Assembly (NCBI GenBank): GCA_049654165.1
Contig: JBASHR010000073.1
Coordinates: 10,390-74,389 of the forward strand
Direction of reading: 5' to 3'
Source of the DNA: Bacteroidales bacterium
GTDB lineage: Bacteria > Bacteroidota > Bacteroidia > Bacteroidales > JAAYJT01
DNA: 64,000 nt
In this document: in pieces, positions 9,992 through 19,340 of the stretch
Layout of the letters: each line of letters starts with the position of its first letter
Numbering within the stretch: the first letter of the stretch is position 1
Position numbers and translations under genes: made by a program
Notes under the pieces: generated by a model
Database searches by the model: none
What the model saw: only the letters and a program-made list of their open reading frames with translations
Told to the model about the DNA's origin: nothing

Positions 9992-11929
9992 TTACCGGTG
10001 CACTATAAACCGGGTATATTCAGTTTTGTTTATGCCGGTGAGCCGTAATACATAAACTCCTGACGGCAATTGTGATATATTGATATGATGGATGGTTTTT
10101 CCCTCCTGCATAATAATTCCTGACACATTGAAAATCTGATAACGGCTTTCGTTCATCATGTCCTCATCAGCCTGCAGACTGATTACATTACCATTAACCG
10201 GATTTGGAAAAACATTCAGGCGCACACTTTTTTCATCTTTAGGCTGTATGTTTTTTGCATTGCCAAATACTGGTCTTATCATTAAAGCACCGTCATACAT
10301 TGTGTTCCTCCACATATTGGCTGTATCGGAATAGAAATAATAGAAAGTATTTTGTTTTTTATTGTTATTGCGGTCGAAACCAACGTTAAGCAAAGAGCTG
10401 GTAGTTTGTTCAAGCCCAATATAATATCTTAATTCCCCGAATCTGGAGGTTGAAATTACCTGAGGCTCATCAAGGAAATAACGATGAAAATTGTTCAGCC
10501 CGTCAGTACCATATTCAACCCTGAAATCCTTTTCTTCGTGAATCAGATTTTTGGGTTTACCGTTATAATCATTCCACAACTGGATATGGAAAAATTTTTG
10601 ATTCTCATTGTTAAGTGCCCGGTTGAAAAAAATATCAACTGCTGTTAAAGTATCAGGGGTATTCAACCGGAAGCGATATGCCATTTTGCCGCCGGCATTT
10701 GTCAGTCCGTAACCGGCTTCGGCTGTGCCATCGTCATAGGCATAATAATCAGAAAATGACTGAGTGTATTTCAACGTGTCATTTGCCCCGGGTATAAATG
10801 AGTTTCCGGTTAAAATATGGGTGATCAGAAAAGAAGCGGAGTTTTCCTGCATATCAATTGGAAAAGCAAATTCAACAGGTGGTTTTGCTATTGCTGCTTC
10901 AGTAACATACCCCGATTGTGAGAAAGGCTTAATTAGATATGTGCCACTCTCATATCTTTTCAGTTCAGTGCCATTTGGACGGCTTACTATGTATTTATAA
11001 GATCCTGATGCTTCAGCGTCATTTAAGTTGCTCACCATAACATTAAGATATTCAGCCATTTCGTTCACGAAGTTCTGTTTATATTGTTTATATGGCATTG
11101 AAGAGTAGTTTTTCAAGAAGCTTCCGGGATCGTTTACAAAAGCCAGATCGTTATAATAGATATCATTAATGCTTCGATTATAATTCAGATAAACGTAGTC
11201 AATATTCCACTGGTCGCGGTTGCTTTGATGACTTGGAGCATTAGGATAGCGGATACTGGCAATATTATAAAACCTGAATTTGAACCCTTCATTAAGGAAT
11301 CTTTCGTCAGTAATGGGTATCATGACCCTTTTAAAATAGGTTTTATTTAAATCAAAAAACTCATTAAGTGTCATGCCTGCTGCAGACCATACTTTAACCC
11401 ATGTTTTTAATGAATCAACAGGATGGTTGTAGAAAAACTCCAGTACTAATGAATCACCTTCTGAAGGTGCAAACCCCAGTCCTTCAGGTTGATAGTAAAA
11501 GCTTAAATAAATTGAATCTTTTGGAGAGAGTGCTTTGGGTTCGGGAGAAAAAACCGAATCGAGGCGTATGGTATGAGATATCAGATAATCAGCGATAAAC
11601 CTGTTTTTACCTGCGTCAGGATGTAGTTTCCCATTTTCATCAAGAGCATCAAAAGTAGCAACACCGGCTGTTACCGGGAAAACAGGGTAGTCGTTGTTAA
11701 TGAATACATCATTGTTAGCCCAGTTTTTGCTATCAGGGAAAATATCGGAACCCGAAAAATCATCAAAAAATGGCAATGTGAGAACCTGAGAGTTTTTAAA
11801 ATCTGGTTTTCGACCTTCTGTAATAGCTTTCAGGATTTGCGGATTCGACCCGAGACCTGTCAAAACCTCCTGAGCCTGTACGACAATGCTTGTTAATATT
11901 ATTATGAAAATGGTGATATATCGGATCAT
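9992..11929 (-). CDS. Secreted protein of unknown function with a signal peptide and a T9SS C-terminal sorting domain
   Basis: 645 aa. N-terminal signal peptide (IFIIILTSIVVQAQE). The C-terminal 80 aa (LNVFPNPVNGNVISLQ...GVYVLRLTG...TRFIVHR) match the type A Por secretion tail pattern. Confidence 0.75.
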   Translation of the reverse strand: MIRYITIFIIILTSIVVQAQEVLTGLGSNPQILKAITEGRKPDFKNSQVLTLPFFDDFSGSDIFPDSKNWANNDVFINNDYPVFPVTAGVATFDALDENGKLHPDAGKNRFIADYLISHTIRLDSVFSPEPKALSPKDSIYLSFYYQPEGLGFAPSEGDSLVLEFFYNHPVDSLKTWVKVWSAAGMTLNEFFDLNKTYFKRVMIPITDERFLNEGFKFRFYNIASIRYPNAPSHQSNRDQWNIDYVYLNYNRSINDIYYNDLAFVNDPGSFLKNYSSMPYKQYKQNFVNEMAEYLNVMVSNLNDAEASGSYKYIVSRPNGTELKRYESGTYLIKPFSQSGYVTEAAIAKPPVEFAFPIDMQENSASFLITHILTGNSFIPGANDTLKYTQSFSDYYAYDDGTAEAGYGLTNAGGKMAYRFRLNTPDTLTAVDIFFNRALNNENQKFFHIQLWNDYNGKPKNLIHEEKDFRVEYGTDGLNNFHRYFLDEPQVISTSRFGELRYYIGLEQTTSSLLNVGFDRNNNKKQNTFYYFYSDTANMWRNTMYDGALMIRPVFGNAKNIQPKDEKSVRLNVFPNPVNGNVISLQADEDMMNESRYQIFNVSGIIMQEGKTIHHINISQLPSGVYVLRLTGINKTEYTRFIVHR

Positions 11930-11931
11930 AA

Positions 11932-12774
11932 TTAGAAATTCTGTTCAAATTCAAAATTATCTTCAAAAAACAGGGTGTCTGGTTTATATATGTTAAGCAA
12001 AGAATCAAAATTAAATGTTTTTGCTGAGCGATACCAAAGGTCAATTTGTTGTCCGGGGTTTATATATGTATCGGAACTATATGCCGGATGTTGCCTGTAA
12101 ACTCTTTGATCAGGGTCGTTTTCATCTTCAATGATATTGGCTCCTATATTAAGCATGTTATCCCTGATGAGCTGATGGGCTTCTTCCTGTGTTAATCCAA
12201 GCAACAAAGGGATTGGGATTTTTGTGTCCCCCAGACCTTGTCCCAGAACCAGATCAATTTTCGAACCTTTGATTATTTGAGTGCCAGGCAATATCTCCTC
12301 GCCTTCAAAATTTTGTTTAAGCACAGCATTTTTAGCAATGTCTGGTATATAATCAATTTCTCCTATGCCAAGTCCGTAAGTTTCAAGAGTTGATAAAGCC
12401 TGTCTGTATGTAAGATCCACAAGATCGGGCATGCTTACACATTCAGGTAAGGTGGCAACAATGGTAAAATATATCTTTCGGTTTTTCTTCACAAGTGAGT
12501 TTGGCAAAGGATCCTGCATTACAATAGTACCGGGTTCCAGATTATTGTCGTAAACCGAATCAAGTACAACAAATTCAAAATCACGACCTAAATTATATTG
12601 TTTAATGTCATTTAGGGTTATTCCCACATACTCAGGAACAATATAGTTATTGCCATGACGGGTATAAATTGCAAGCCCTTTATATGCTAACAATATTAAT
12701 ATCAGCGCAATGCCAATGGCAATACTCAGATGTTTTAAAAATACTTTACTAAAAAGAAACCTCAACAAATTCAT
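11932..12774 (-). CDS. Membrane-anchored PASTA domain-containing protein
   Basis: 280 aa. One N-terminal TM helix, then repeated PASTA-like modules of about 65 aa (VPEYVGITLND..., MPDLVDLTYRQA..., IPLLLGLTQEEA...). Confidence 0.7.
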   Translation of the reverse strand: MNLLRFLFSKVFLKHLSIAIGIALILILLAYKGLAIYTRHGNNYIVPEYVGITLNDIKQYNLGRDFEFVVLDSVYDNNLEPGTIVMQDPLPNSLVKKNRKIYFTIVATLPECVSMPDLVDLTYRQALSTLETYGLGIGEIDYIPDIAKNAVLKQNFEGEEILPGTQIIKGSKIDLVLGQGLGDTKIPIPLLLGLTQEEAHQLIRDNMLNIGANIIEDENDPDQRVYRQHPAYSSDTYINPGQQIDLWYRSAKTFNFDSLLNIYKPDTLFFEDNFEFEQNF

Positions 12775-13053
12775 TGAAAGGTGATTGACTGATTTAAACG
12801 GCTAATAACTTCCAAACATTATAATTATTTATAACATAAAAACGGGCTTGTTTATTGTAATATAGTGTAAAAGACAACGATTTAAAATTCAATTGATCAG
12901 GGTTAGGATGAATTTGAATTAACAAGGCATGCTTTCATATACCTGACACGTTAGCTATGGTTTCCGGTTCTATTACAATTTATGCGAAATAAGCTGATCC
13001 ATAGATATATAGCTGTCAGAACAAGATGCCGTCAGTTAAAATATCTTTGAGTA

Positions 13054-14289
13054 TTAATTAAGTACCTGATACTTCATGCCTTTCATTTCAAGTTCATTTG
13101 TTATTGCAGGTAACTGGGTTGTATCCTGTAAGTTGAAGGTTATGGTAACCTGAACATGCCCGACCGGAACACTTGCGGCTGAACGTTCATGTTCAATATC
13201 ATGTATATTGGCTTTCATTTTTTCAAGAATTGAAAGAATGGATTTCAACATTCCGGCCTGATCAGGAATAAGCACTTGCAATCTTGCCCTCAGCCCTTCT
13301 TCCATAACTCCTTTCTCAAGTATCTGTTCCAGAATGCTCATGTTTATATTACCACCGCTGACTATTGGAACCACTTTTCGTCCTTTTACATCAGTCTTTT
13401 GATAAAGAACTGCAGCCATAGCAGCAACACCTGATGGTTCAGCCAGAATTTTTGAACGTTGCATAAGCAGATAAGCAGTATGAGCCATTTCGGTATCATT
13501 AACTACCACAAATCCATCCACAAGTTTACTGGCTGCTTCAAAAGTAAGATTGCCAGGCGATTTGACAGCTATTCCGTCAGCTATGGTATTCACAGAATTT
13601 AAAGTAGAATGTTTTCCGTTTTCAATAGATGTTTTCATTGATTGTGCCCCATCGGCTTCTACGCCAATAATACGAATTGCCGGATTAAGCTGTTTAAGTG
13701 CAATGGCAATACCTGAAATCAGACCGCCGCCTCCAATAGGAACCAAAACTTCATCAACTTCGCGTAATTGTTCAAAGATCTCAAGACCAACAGTTCCTTG
13801 CCCGGCAATAATATGAGAGTCATTAAATGGATGAACAAAAGTTGCACCTGTTTGCTTCTGGAATTCTAAAGCCGCTTTGAAGGCATCATCAAAGGTTTCG
13901 CCTGTAAGTATCACTTCTGCTCCGTATGAACGTGTAGCAATTACTTTCAGAGGCGGAGCAAATACAGGCATGAAGACTGTGCTTTTTACACCAAGACTGG
14001 TGGCAGCATAAGCAACACCCTGAGCATGATTGCCTGCCGAGGCGCACAGAACACCTTTTGACGATTCTTCCGGAGTGAGATTTGCGATCTTATAATATGC
14101 ACCTCTGACTTTGAACGAACCGGTAGTTTGAAAGTTCTCAAGTTTAAGGTAAACATCAGCACCAGACATTACTGAAAATGATTTGCTTCGCTCCAGCGGT
14201 GTGCGCTTTACAACTTTGCTAAGCAAGGACTGAGCTTTTATTAAATCCGAAAATTTCGGCAGAGATTGATTGGTTTCAGTTATTGACAT
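13054..14289 (-). CDS. ilvA: Threonine ammonia-lyase (threonine dehydratase), short form with a single ACT-like regulatory domain
   Basis: 411 aa. PLP-lysine motif TGSFKVRGA, glycine loop PIGGGGLISG, C-terminal ACT-like domain. Confidence 0.9.
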   Translation of the reverse strand: MSITETNQSLPKFSDLIKAQSLLSKVVKRTPLERSKSFSVMSGADVYLKLENFQTTGSFKVRGAYYKIANLTPEESSKGVLCASAGNHAQGVAYAATSLGVKSTVFMPVFAPPLKVIATRSYGAEVILTGETFDDAFKAALEFQKQTGATFVHPFNDSHIIAGQGTVGLEIFEQLREVDEVLVPIGGGGLISGIAIALKQLNPAIRIIGVEADGAQSMKTSIENGKHSTLNSVNTIADGIAVKSPGNLTFEAASKLVDGFVVVNDTEMAHTAYLLMQRSKILAEPSGVAAMAAVLYQKTDVKGRKVVPIVSGGNINMSILEQILEKGVMEEGLRARLQVLIPDQAGMLKSILSILEKMKANIHDIEHERSAASVPVGHVQVTITFNLQDTTQLPAITNELEMKGMKYQVLN

Positions 14290-14309
14290 ATTGTTTTCTT
14301 TTAGACGTG

Positions 14310-14317
14310 CAAAGTTA
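14310..14317 (-). promoter_or_regulatory. Putative -7 box for ilvA (TAACTTTG on the minus strand)
   Basis: The plus strand reads CAAAGTTA, the reverse complement of TAnnTTTG. It lies about 20 nt upstream of the ilvA ATG at 14289. Confidence 0.4.
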
Positions 14318-14530
14318 TGAAAAGCTTTAAGGCAAACAATAAGGGACTATTAATCTGGCTAAATACTTTATTAAGGACATAGTTTGTAAGCATGGGCTTA
14401 AAACCTGATAATTTATTTATCCAACATTTCACGGATTACAGAAAACATCTTTATTCAAAATCCGAGATGTTCCTGTAGTTTGCCGTATTGTACCGAAATA
14501 GCCATTTGACAATTTATAGTGTCTTTTCAT

Positions 14531-14538
14531 TAATTTTG
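14531..14538 (+). promoter_or_regulatory. Putative -7 box (TAATTTTG) for the FemAB-like/deacetylase gene pair
   Basis: Matches TAnnTTTG immediately upstream of the ORF that opens at 14547. Confidence 0.4.
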
Positions 14539-14546
14539 CATAAAAA

Positions 14547-15926
14547 TTGGATTTCTTGAATACTCAGCGAATTATAATCAAAGAATTGGTCTGGATCGCA
14601 GCTATGCTGGTTGTTGCTGGCTTTATTCGCTTTTTCACAGGCTTAGCTGAGTTTTTTATGGATCGTTTATGGCTTTCCGGTTCTTTAGTCATCGCGGTTT
14701 ATTTTTTAATTGCATTTTTTATTGTCAGGATTACAGGTAAGTGTCCGCTTCGGAAGCGTAATCTTTTATTGTGGACTTTGATAATATTGCTTGTTCACGC
14801 TTATTCGATTGAGTTTCTGATAAACTTTTTTATTGTTTCTGCCAAAGCTCATTACTGGATGGTTATTTGTGCCGGCGCCGGTAGTTTTACAGGTATATTG
14901 ATAAGTCTTGAACATGCCGGTCTGAAATGTAATTGCAATCTTGATTTTAACTCATTGGAGGACAGTGGTATATCTGATAATTTCAAGCCTTTCACGGGAA
15001 TACCGGGTATTCCTGCGCTTATAACACATCATCCGCGTATTTCTGAAATTATTTCAAAAGCTTTTGGATGGAAATCAATATTAATAAATCCGGATAATGA
15101 TTTGCAACTGGCGCTGGTTTGCACAGGAAAGAGCCTTGTTTCTCTGCCGCATTTCAGCTATGGTGCTTTGTTTGTGCGTAATGGAGATAAAGATCCGAAC
15201 CGGAATATTGTTTCTTATTTGCACAAACTACATCTTGAAAAAGGATTTAATGGTTTTGAGTACCGATATCCGTTATTGAATCAGGATGAGAAGGCAATAA
15301 AGGTTGTTTCCTGGCTGAAATTGAGATCAAATCCCGCAGAACAATTGCAGTATTTTTCGACAAATCTTCGTCATAAGATCAATAAAGCCGGACGTAACGG
15401 ATTAACAGTGGAGAGGGGAGGAGTGGACTTGCTGGATGAATTTTATAAAGTATATTCCCGTCATATCAGGAGCATTGGCTCAGGAGCGTTGCCACGGCGT
15501 TTCTTTGAAATAATGCTTGCAGAATACGATAATGCCTGGGCAGGAATATTTCTTGTGAAATATAAGGGAGAGATTATAGGCGGTGCTTTTAACAATGCCT
15601 ATCAGGGTTTTTATGAAAACGGGTGGTTTGCAACACTTAAGCCCTGGCAGCGTTTATATCCATCATATCTGCTGCATAGCGAAATGATTGCTCATGCCAT
15701 TGAGCTTGGTTGCCATACATACAGTTTTGGCCAAAGTACCAGCGGAAGCGGAGTACACAGGTTTAAACAACAATGGAAAACTTATGATGTTGCTTTACGC
15801 TGGGTGATTCATCCCCAGCCAAGAGTTAGTCTTAGAAAATTTGATTGGATACGGAAAATATGGAAATATTTACCTTATCCTTTAGGAAATAAATTTGGAA
15901 ATTATATTGCTAAATGGGTTTATTAA
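14547..15926 (+). CDS. FemAB-like/GNAT (Acetyltransf_6-type) acyltransferase fused to an N-terminal multi-pass membrane region
   Basis: 459 aa. About 125 aa of hydrophobic helices are followed by a FemAB/BioF2-like GNAT body ending YSFGQSTSGSGVHRFKQQWKT. The track start is TTG. With the -7 box at 14531-14538 the true start may be the ATG at 14604. Confidence 0.65.
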   Translation: MDFLNTQRIIIKELVWIAAMLVVAGFIRFFTGLAEFFMDRLWLSGSLVIAVYFLIAFFIVRITGKCPLRKRNLLLWTLIILLVHAYSIEFLINFFIVSAKAHYWMVICAGAGSFTGILISLEHAGLKCNCNLDFNSLEDSGISDNFKPFTGIPGIPALITHHPRISEIISKAFGWKSILINPDNDLQLALVCTGKSLVSLPHFSYGALFVRNGDKDPNRNIVSYLHKLHLEKGFNGFEYRYPLLNQDEKAIKVVSWLKLRSNPAEQLQYFSTNLRHKINKAGRNGLTVERGGVDLLDEFYKVYSRHIRSIGSGALPRRFFEIMLAEYDNAWAGIFLVKYKGEIIGGAFNNAYQGFYENGWFATLKPWQRLYPSYLLHSEMIAHAIELGCHTYSFGQSTSGSGVHRFKQQWKTYDVALRWVIHPQPRVSLRKFDWIRKIWKYLPYPLGNKFGNYIAKWVY

Positions 15927-15940
15927 GATAGAATATTTGA

Positions 15941-16795
15941 ATGACGAGGGTTAATATTTTAAGTTTTGATATTGAGAGTTGGTTTTTGAGTTATGAATCC
16001 TCTCAGATTGATATTTCACAATGGTCTCAGATGGAAAGCCGGATTGAGAACAATCTTGATATTATCCTGAGGTTTCTTGCCACGAATAATACTATCGGTA
16101 CATTTTATATTTTGGGATGGATAGCTGAGCAATATCCGGAAGTAATAAAGCGTATTTCTGATGAGGGTCATGAAATTGGTTATCATTCCTATTATCACCA
16201 GTTACCTGAAATGCAGGGTCCGCTTGAGTTTGAAAAAGATCTGGCTGAGGGTTTGGAATTATTACAAAAAATTACCGGAAAAGAAATTGTGCAATATCGC
16301 GCGCCGCGATTCTCATTTAACCGAAATAATGGCTGGTGTATCCCAATCTTGTTAAAGTATGGTATCACAATAAGCAGTTCATCAAAATCATTACGAAAAA
16401 TAGGTTCGGAAAAAATACCTCAGACACCATTTTATTTTGAGTACAAGGCAAAAAAAATCCTGGAACTTCCTCTGAACCAGGCGTATAGTGTGGGACTGAA
16501 ATGGGTATACACCGGAAGTGGGTATTTCCGTGTGCTGCCTTTCAGTTTAATAAATTATCTTTACAAGAAGCATGAGTATAATATGGCTTATTTCCATCCC
16601 CGTGATTTTGATATTGCCGTACCCATGACTTCGAAGCTGCCTTTTTACCGGAATATTATGGGAAGACTTGGCAATAGTACTACAATTCCTAAGCTATCAA
16701 ATCTTATGGCAAGTCAGAGATTTATTCCTGTTGGGGAAGCAGCCGGGTATTATCTTGAAAAATCCGAAAAACTTCCTATAATTAAATTAAGCTAA
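15941..16795 (+). CDS. Polysaccharide deacetylase family protein (NodB/CE4-like, of the type found in exosortase/PEP-CTERM loci)
   Basis: 284 aa. N-terminus NILSFDIESW, metal-binding HSYYH (H-S-x-x-H) motif, YRAPRFS. Confidence 0.75.
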   Translation: MTRVNILSFDIESWFLSYESSQIDISQWSQMESRIENNLDIILRFLATNNTIGTFYILGWIAEQYPEVIKRISDEGHEIGYHSYYHQLPEMQGPLEFEKDLAEGLELLQKITGKEIVQYRAPRFSFNRNNGWCIPILLKYGITISSSSKSLRKIGSEKIPQTPFYFEYKAKKILELPLNQAYSVGLKWVYTGSGYFRVLPFSLINYLYKKHEYNMAYFHPRDFDIAVPMTSKLPFYRNIMGRLGNSTTIPKLSNLMASQRFIPVGEAAGYYLEKSEKLPIIKLS

Positions 16796-17379
16796 GTTGT
16801 TGTAGTTGCGGTTTTACTTGTTTTTCGGTTTTTGAATTTTTCAACCCACCAAACCCAAAGCATAAATATTACAACATAAAAGAAGGGACGTAAAACCCAA
16901 ACGTGGACCAAATCCCAATATTGGGGTTTCCATACCACTAAGACCGACAGGATAACTATGCGCAAAATATTGACACCATGCATAATTATAATACTCACAG
17001 GAATAAACCATAGTTTATGCTTCCATGGGCCCGGGAATAAAATGAACAATACAAGGATCTGATAAAATTGTTTCAGTCCTGAGCAGCTTTCTACCACCTG
17101 AACAAAGCCTCCATTACTGAACCACATGATATTAACTTCCTCAGTGGAAATTTGCAATCCCAGTAAATTCCGGTTGATCCACAAACTCGTCAGGAATACT
17201 TGTTTTGCAAGCCAATCGGCAGTTTGGTTTACTGCTGAAAATGATTTGATGAAAGATTCGTAGCTCCACCATATATTATGAAAAAAAATGGTTATTGCCG
17301 AAAATAACAGAATGTCAATTGCAAAACCATATCTGCCTGAATAGAACCTCTTGAATTGCACCCAGTATTTTTTCAGCAT
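16792..17379 (-). CDS. Exosortase/archaeosortase-family integral membrane protein (small form)
   Basis: 195 aa and polytopic. It has a CSG motif (ESCSGLKQF; Cys99 codon at 17083-17085), Arg in GVNILRIV and His in DLVHVW, in the order expected for the Cys/Arg/His exosortase triad. It is the last gene of the polysaccharide operon. Confidence 0.7.
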   Translation of the reverse strand: MLKKYWVQFKRFYSGRYGFAIDILLFSAITIFFHNIWWSYESFIKSFSAVNQTADWLAKQVFLTSLWINRNLLGLQISTEEVNIMWFSNGGFVQVVESCSGLKQFYQILVLFILFPGPWKHKLWFIPVSIIIMHGVNILRIVILSVLVVWKPQYWDLVHVWVLRPFFYVVIFMLWVWWVEKFKNRKTSKTATTTT

Positions 17380-17449
17380 TTTGGAAATTTTAAGTTAAAC
17401 TACTTGTTGTTCTAAAATAAGCAAAACTGTTAAAAGTATTCACGGATGA

Positions 17450-18043
17450 TTATGGATTTTCCCATTTTCTGAGAATGGTTCGGAAAAATATCTTAAAATC
17501 AAGCATCATAGTGCGATTTTTGACATATTCAACATTTATCGCAACTTTAGCAGGCCACAATACTTCGTCGTAATATTTCTGAGGATTCTCCTGTTTATCG
17601 AGGATGATTTGTTCATCGGGGTAGGTGAGGGAGTCGAGTCCTGTGAGCCCAGGTTTTACTGTCCATATTAACTGATCTTCGCCTATGAGTTTATCAGAGT
17701 ATCCAGGAACATCAGGACGGGGACCAACTACGCTCATATCTCCCTTTATAATATTTAACAATTGAGGCAATTCATCCATTTTTGTTTGCCTTAGAAATCT
17801 TCCAAATGGCGTAATGCGTTCATCATTGCTAAGTGTTATTGAAACATTTGAAGTGTTCACATGCATTGAACGAAACTTATATATGATAAATGGTTGCGCA
17901 TTATAACCAATACGGGTCTGACGAAAAAACACCGGTCCCGGCATAGTTATTTTTATTATTAGAGCAACCAATATAAAAACCGGCAGAAGCAAGATTAAAC
18001 CTGCCAAAGAAAAGATTATATCAAAAACTCGTTTTATGATCAT
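17450..18043 (-). CDS. Phosphoglycosyl transferase (bacterial sugar transferase family, small PglC-like form)
   Basis: 197 aa. One N-terminal re-entrant helix, KFRSM, DELPQLLNIIKGDMSVVGPRP, PGLTG. Confidence 0.85.
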   Translation of the reverse strand: MIIKRVFDIIFSLAGLILLLPVFILVALIIKITMPGPVFFRQTRIGYNAQPFIIYKFRSMHVNTSNVSITLSNDERITPFGRFLRQTKMDELPQLLNIIKGDMSVVGPRPDVPGYSDKLIGEDQLIWTVKPGLTGLDSLTYPDEQIILDKQENPQKYYDEVLWPAKVAINVEYVKNRTMMLDFKIFFRTILRKWENP

Positions 18044-18058
18044 GCCTGATAGTGTATT

Positions 18059-18700
18059 TCACCATTGCTCAAAAAGCAGAAAGAATATGATCTTTGTGTA
18101 TTCAAGGAATACATCCTTAGCATTTTCTCTGTGTTTCCACCATTGTTCGGGGTGAAAATCAGAATATTTGCTTGGTGCGCATAATACTTTTATATCCAGA
18201 TTGCGTTTTTTGAAAGAGTTTTTAAAAATCATTGAACTTCGGCGCATATGTGCCGAAGATGACACAAGTATCACGGATTTTATATCAAATTCGTTCCGTG
18301 CAATAGCATTAGCAAGCGAGTCTGCCTCGTCGCGTGTGCTTGTTGTGCTGCCAGGAAGAATAAACATAAGGCTGTCAGGAATATGCATTTGCGATAATGC
18401 TTTAATAGCCAGTTGTGCCTGAGTGGGAACGAAAATGCCTTTAGCTGCAAGTTCCTCTCTTCCAACCTGTATGTTGTTTACAATCAAAATTTTTTCAGCC
18501 ATGCCGGCTTTATATACATCATTAGCTTCAAGAACCCTGTCCACAGTGCTTCCCATTAAAATAACAATGGCATCAGAGGTTTGCAAATGGTCAGTTTTGA
18601 CCAGATAGTTACCTGCCTGTCGGAATAAAATGAATATTAAAATGAAAATTGCGAGTAATAAACCCGCAATAAACCAACGCCAGCTCTTTTTTTTATTCAT
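18059..18700 (-). CDS. DUF218 / YdcF-ElyC-SanA family protein with an N-terminal membrane anchor
   Basis: 213 aa. TM helix, then AIVILMGS... and ILVSSSAHMRRS motifs typical of the DUF218 Rossmann-like fold. Confidence 0.7.
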   Translation of the reverse strand: MNKKKSWRWFIAGLLLAIFILIFILFRQAGNYLVKTDHLQTSDAIVILMGSTVDRVLEANDVYKAGMAEKILIVNNIQVGREELAAKGIFVPTQAQLAIKALSQMHIPDSLMFILPGSTTSTRDEADSLANAIARNEFDIKSVILVSSSAHMRRSSMIFKNSFKKRNLDIKVLCAPSKYSDFHPEQWWKHRENAKDVFLEYTKIIFFLLFEQW

Positions 18701-19331
18701 TTAAACCTGATTTGATGATTTTTGCAGGAACTCCAGCTACAACCACATTATCCGGAATATCCCGTATCACTATCGCGCCAGCCCCTACAATTGACTTACT
18801 GCCTATTTTTATTGACTGGATCGTGCAAGAACCTATTCCAAGAAAGCTTTCTTCTCCGATAACTGTAAAACCACCACAATTGACTCCCGGTGAAAGTGTT
18901 GAAAAATCGTTTAATTTACAGTTATGTCCTACTGATGCATTCATGTTTATAGTCACGAAATCATCAATCTCGGTTTCATAATTAATAGTAACACCCGGAT
19001 AAATTATACAACCTTTTTTAATTATCACTTTTTGTCCAATCCATACAGATGGATGAATGAAGCTGGGAAATACCACCTGCTTGTTTTGCTTAAGCAGTCC
19101 CACTATTCTTTTTTTATTGATAGGATTCCCTATTGCGACAGCTACAGCAAATGGTTTGTCAATGCCTAACAGCATTTCCACCTTTCCTATGACAGGTAGG
19201 TCGTAAATATACTTTCCATGTTTACTTTCATCGTCGTCAATAAATCCCTTCAGATTATATTTGCCAAACTGGTTTGCATGATAAGCCAGAAAACCGCCTA
19301 CATTCCCTGCACCTATTATATATAAGTCCAT
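18693..19331 (-). CDS. NeuD/PglD-family sugar N-acetyltransferase (left-handed beta-helix)
   Basis: 212 aa. N-terminal Rossmann-like IIGAGNVGG, and C-terminal hexapeptide repeats (IGxxxxIG...VVAGVPAKII). Confidence 0.8.
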   Translation of the reverse strand: MDLYIIGAGNVGGFLAYHANQFGKYNLKGFIDDDESKHGKYIYDLPVIGKVEMLLGIDKPFAVAVAIGNPINKKRIVGLLKQNKQVVFPSFIHPSVWIGQKVIIKKGCIIYPGVTINYETEIDDFVTINMNASVGHNCKLNDFSTLSPGVNCGGFTVIGEESFLGIGSCTIQSIKIGSKSIVGAGAIVIRDIPDNVVVAGVPAKIIKSGLNE

Positions 19332-19340
19332 AGTTTAAAG

